A stretch of 63,633 nucleotides of DNA, filler included, from Chiloscyllium plagiosum (taxonomy: Eukaryota): the NCBI RefSeq assembly GCF_004010195.1. It is 4 parts of one record of this genome, joined end to end, with 100 filler letters (N's around TTAATTAATTAA, not from the genome) between each part and the next. Parts side by side here need not be neighbours in the genome. Positions count along the whole stretch, not along the records: positions 60,083 to 63,633 come from NC_057715.1; 3 more parts are not named here. One strand, given 5' to 3'. Both the position numbers and the translations under genes were made by a program. The notes under the pieces are model-generated. The model was not told where the DNA came from. It ran no database searches and was given only the letters and a program-made list of their open reading frames with translations. Positions 61,090-63,633 of this stretch are shown here, piece after piece. Every line of letters starts with the position of its first letter. Position 1 is the first letter of the stretch.

Positions 61090-61610
61090 GCACACCACTT
61101 GACTCCCATAAACCTGCCACCAATGACAAGGGAAAAATCAGGATGAAATACTCCCCACTTGCCCTGGATGGGTGCGGCTCCAACAATACTCAAGAAGCTC
61201 AACATCATCCAGAACAAAACTGCCCTCTTGTTTAGCATCCCATCTACGCATCCACACCCTCCCCCACCGACGCTCAGTAGCAGCAGTGTGCATTATCTAC
61301 AAGATGCACTGCAGAAATTCACCAAAAATCCTTGGACAGCACCTTCCAAACCCACGACCACTTCCATCTAGAAGGACAAGGGCAGCCGATACATGGGAGC
61401 ATCACCCCCTGCAAGTTTCCCTCCAAGCCATTCACCATTCCTTCACTGCCACTGGGTCAAAATCCTGCAACATTCTGGGTCTACCTACAACACATGGACT
61501 GTCGTGGTTCAAGAAGGCAGCTCAGCCCACCTTCTCAAGGGGCAACTCGGGACAGGTGGTAAACGCTGGCCCAGCCAGCAACATCCCACGTCCCTTGGGT
61601 GAATAAAAAA
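61090..61610 (+). mobile_element. CR1/L2-group LINE 3' fragment (second lineage)
   Basis: YSPLAWMGAAPTILKKLNIIQNK...HRRSVAAVCIIYKMHC. Related fragments at 39890-40590, 41710-42250, 44680-45070, 45300-46210. Confidence 0.8.
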
Positions 61611-62884
61611 GATACTTTCAGATCAATTTAGTTTCACCTCGTGTTTAAAAACAACAAATGTAGGCATAACAAAACGTACATTAGATTTTGAAGCAACAAT
61701 TCCTCTAAGCTTTGCAGCTGCACATTTTGGCCAATCTGGTTCCAGAGATCAAAGCCACACGTGCACCTCAGAATTAGAGGGTGTATTAAGTGTAGGGTGA
61801 GGGCGAAATGCAGAGTCATAGAGGTTTTACAGCACAGAAAAAGATCCCTTTAGTCCAACATGTCTGCGCCAGTCATCAAAGATCCATCTATTGGAATTAC
61901 GTGCTCCAGTAGAGGGGAAGAGACTCACTCTTTCACTTGACCTGTTACCACTCCTTTTGTCTTGCGATATCAGCCCTTTCCTCACCCCTGTCTCCCATCC
62001 TGTTGCCATGTTACAGCTTACAGTTGCCATGCTGAGCATGTGGTGATCTGGAGCTGTGGGTAGTGATAGCTCAGGTTCCAGATTTTAGAGGGCGATTAAG
62101 AGTTAACCTCATTGCTGTGGGTCTGGAGTCAGACGTAGGCCAGACCAGGTAAGGACGGCAGCTATCCTTTCCAAAAGGGCAGAAATGAACCAGGTGGGCT
62201 TTCGCGCCAATCAATTAAATTTGTTACGATCGCTAACTTTGATTTCTAGATTTATGAATTGTATTTAAGTACCAGCAGCTGTCGTAGTGGGATTGGAACC
62301 CCTGTTCCCAGAGTATTAGCCTGGATTTGTGATAATTACATTGCCTCTGCTGCTTCAGTTCATTCAGCCAGGCCTGTAGCCTGGATTTATGACCAGCATT
62401 AGCCTCAGACACAGTGAGGCAGCCCTGGGAGAGTAGCAGGATTGGGGCCAAATGGCCCTGGAAAACATCCCTGAACTGAAACAGTGCCAGCGAGTCCTCC
62501 TGCTGGGAAAGTACAGCTCCCTGAGGCTTTGAACAACAGTTTAGTGGAATCTTTATCACTGAGACAAGCTTTAAATTCCAGAATTAGCAACTTAATTTGA
62601 AACACTCCCGCTGCTGTGTTCGAATTTGAACTCATGTCCCCAAATCATTAAAATAAAAACAAAATACTGTGGATGCTGGAAATCAGAAACACACACAGAG
62701 TTCTGAAGAAACTCAGCAGGTCTGGCAGCATCAGGAGAAAAAGAAATAGGGTGACCATTTGGAGTTCAACGTCAGTCTTCTTAAAAACTGAAGACATGGA
62801 ACTCAAACATGAACTCTGTTTCTCTCCACAGATGTTGCCGGATCTGCTGAGTTTCTCCAGAAATTTCTCTTTTTATTCCCTATT

Positions 62885-63633
62885 TAGATACATCTTAAAT
62901 GACAATATCATTCCCACATCTACCACCTCCACTGGCAGCACACTCCAGGCACCCACCACCCTCTGTGTAAATAACTTCCCCGTATATCTCCCCTAAACCT
63001 TTACCCTCTCACTTTGAACTCGTGACCCCTAGTAACTGAGTCCCCCGCTCTGGGAAGACATTTCTTGCTATCCACCCTGTCTACACCTCTCATGATTTTG
63101 TAAGCTGCAATCAGGACCCCCCTCAACCTCCATCTTTCCAATGAAAATAATCCTAATCTACTCAACCTCTCCTCATAGCTAGCACCCTCCATACCAGGCA
63201 ACATCCTGGTGAACCTCTCCATCTCCAAATGTGGTGACCAGAACTGTACGCAGTATTCCAAATGTGGGGCCGAACCAGATTCCTATACAACTGGAACATG
63301 ACCTGCCAACTCTTGTACTCAATGTATGATGAAGGAAAGCATGCTGTATGCCTTCTTGACCACTCTACTGACCTGCGTTCCCACCTTCAGGAACAATGGA
63401 CCTGAACACCCAGATCTCTCTGTACATCAATTTCCCCAGAACTTTCCCATTTACTGTATAGTTCGCTCTGGAATTGCATCTTCCAAAATGCATCACCTCA
63501 CATTTGTCTGGAGTGAACTGCATGTGCCATTTCTCTCCAATCTATTTATATTCTGCTGTATTCTCTGACAGTCCCCTTCACTATCTGCTACTCCACCAAT
63601 CTCAGTGTCATCTGCAAACTTGCTAATCAAACC
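62885..63633 (-). mobile_element. CR1 LINE 3' fragment running off the window
   Basis: EYCVQFWSPHL...RLGLFSLERWRLRGVLI...TRGHEFKVRG. Confidence 0.92.

Overview
Eukaryotic, repeat-saturated genomic DNA, most likely from a cartilaginous fish. The HE1-type V-SINEs with (TAATC)n tails, shark-type CR1 LINEs and Deu-domain SINEs point to a shark; this is inference, not a database match. I find no recognisable host protein-coding gene. Nearly all ORFs in the track are fragments or antisense shadows of retroelements, or run through N gaps. The window holds many 5'-truncated CR1 copies (one with its ORF1 SGNH esterase), a decayed L1-clade element (about 55.9-59.76 kb, minus), Gypsy LTR remnants and solo LTRs, one Tigger/pogo MITE, several SINE families, a 32-bp satellite, a ~1.4-kb duplication across a gap, and artificial TTAATTAATTAA gap linkers. 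The most notable signal is a dense population of Penelope-like elements (PLEs) of at least three families. Most are hairpin-shaped insertions with 12-17 bp target-site duplications (TSDs). Their 3' repeats carry minimal type I hammerhead ribozyme motifs (CUGANGA-N-stem II-GAAA-CG/GC-UH). Stem II covaries across families, and a 4-nt palindrome replaces stem III, as expected for dimer-dependent self-cleavage. Many copies are ~200-bp non-coding, ribozyme-bearing foldbacks. Local templated copying events are also visible. Repeat boundaries were judged by eye and are approximate unless a TSD is quoted.
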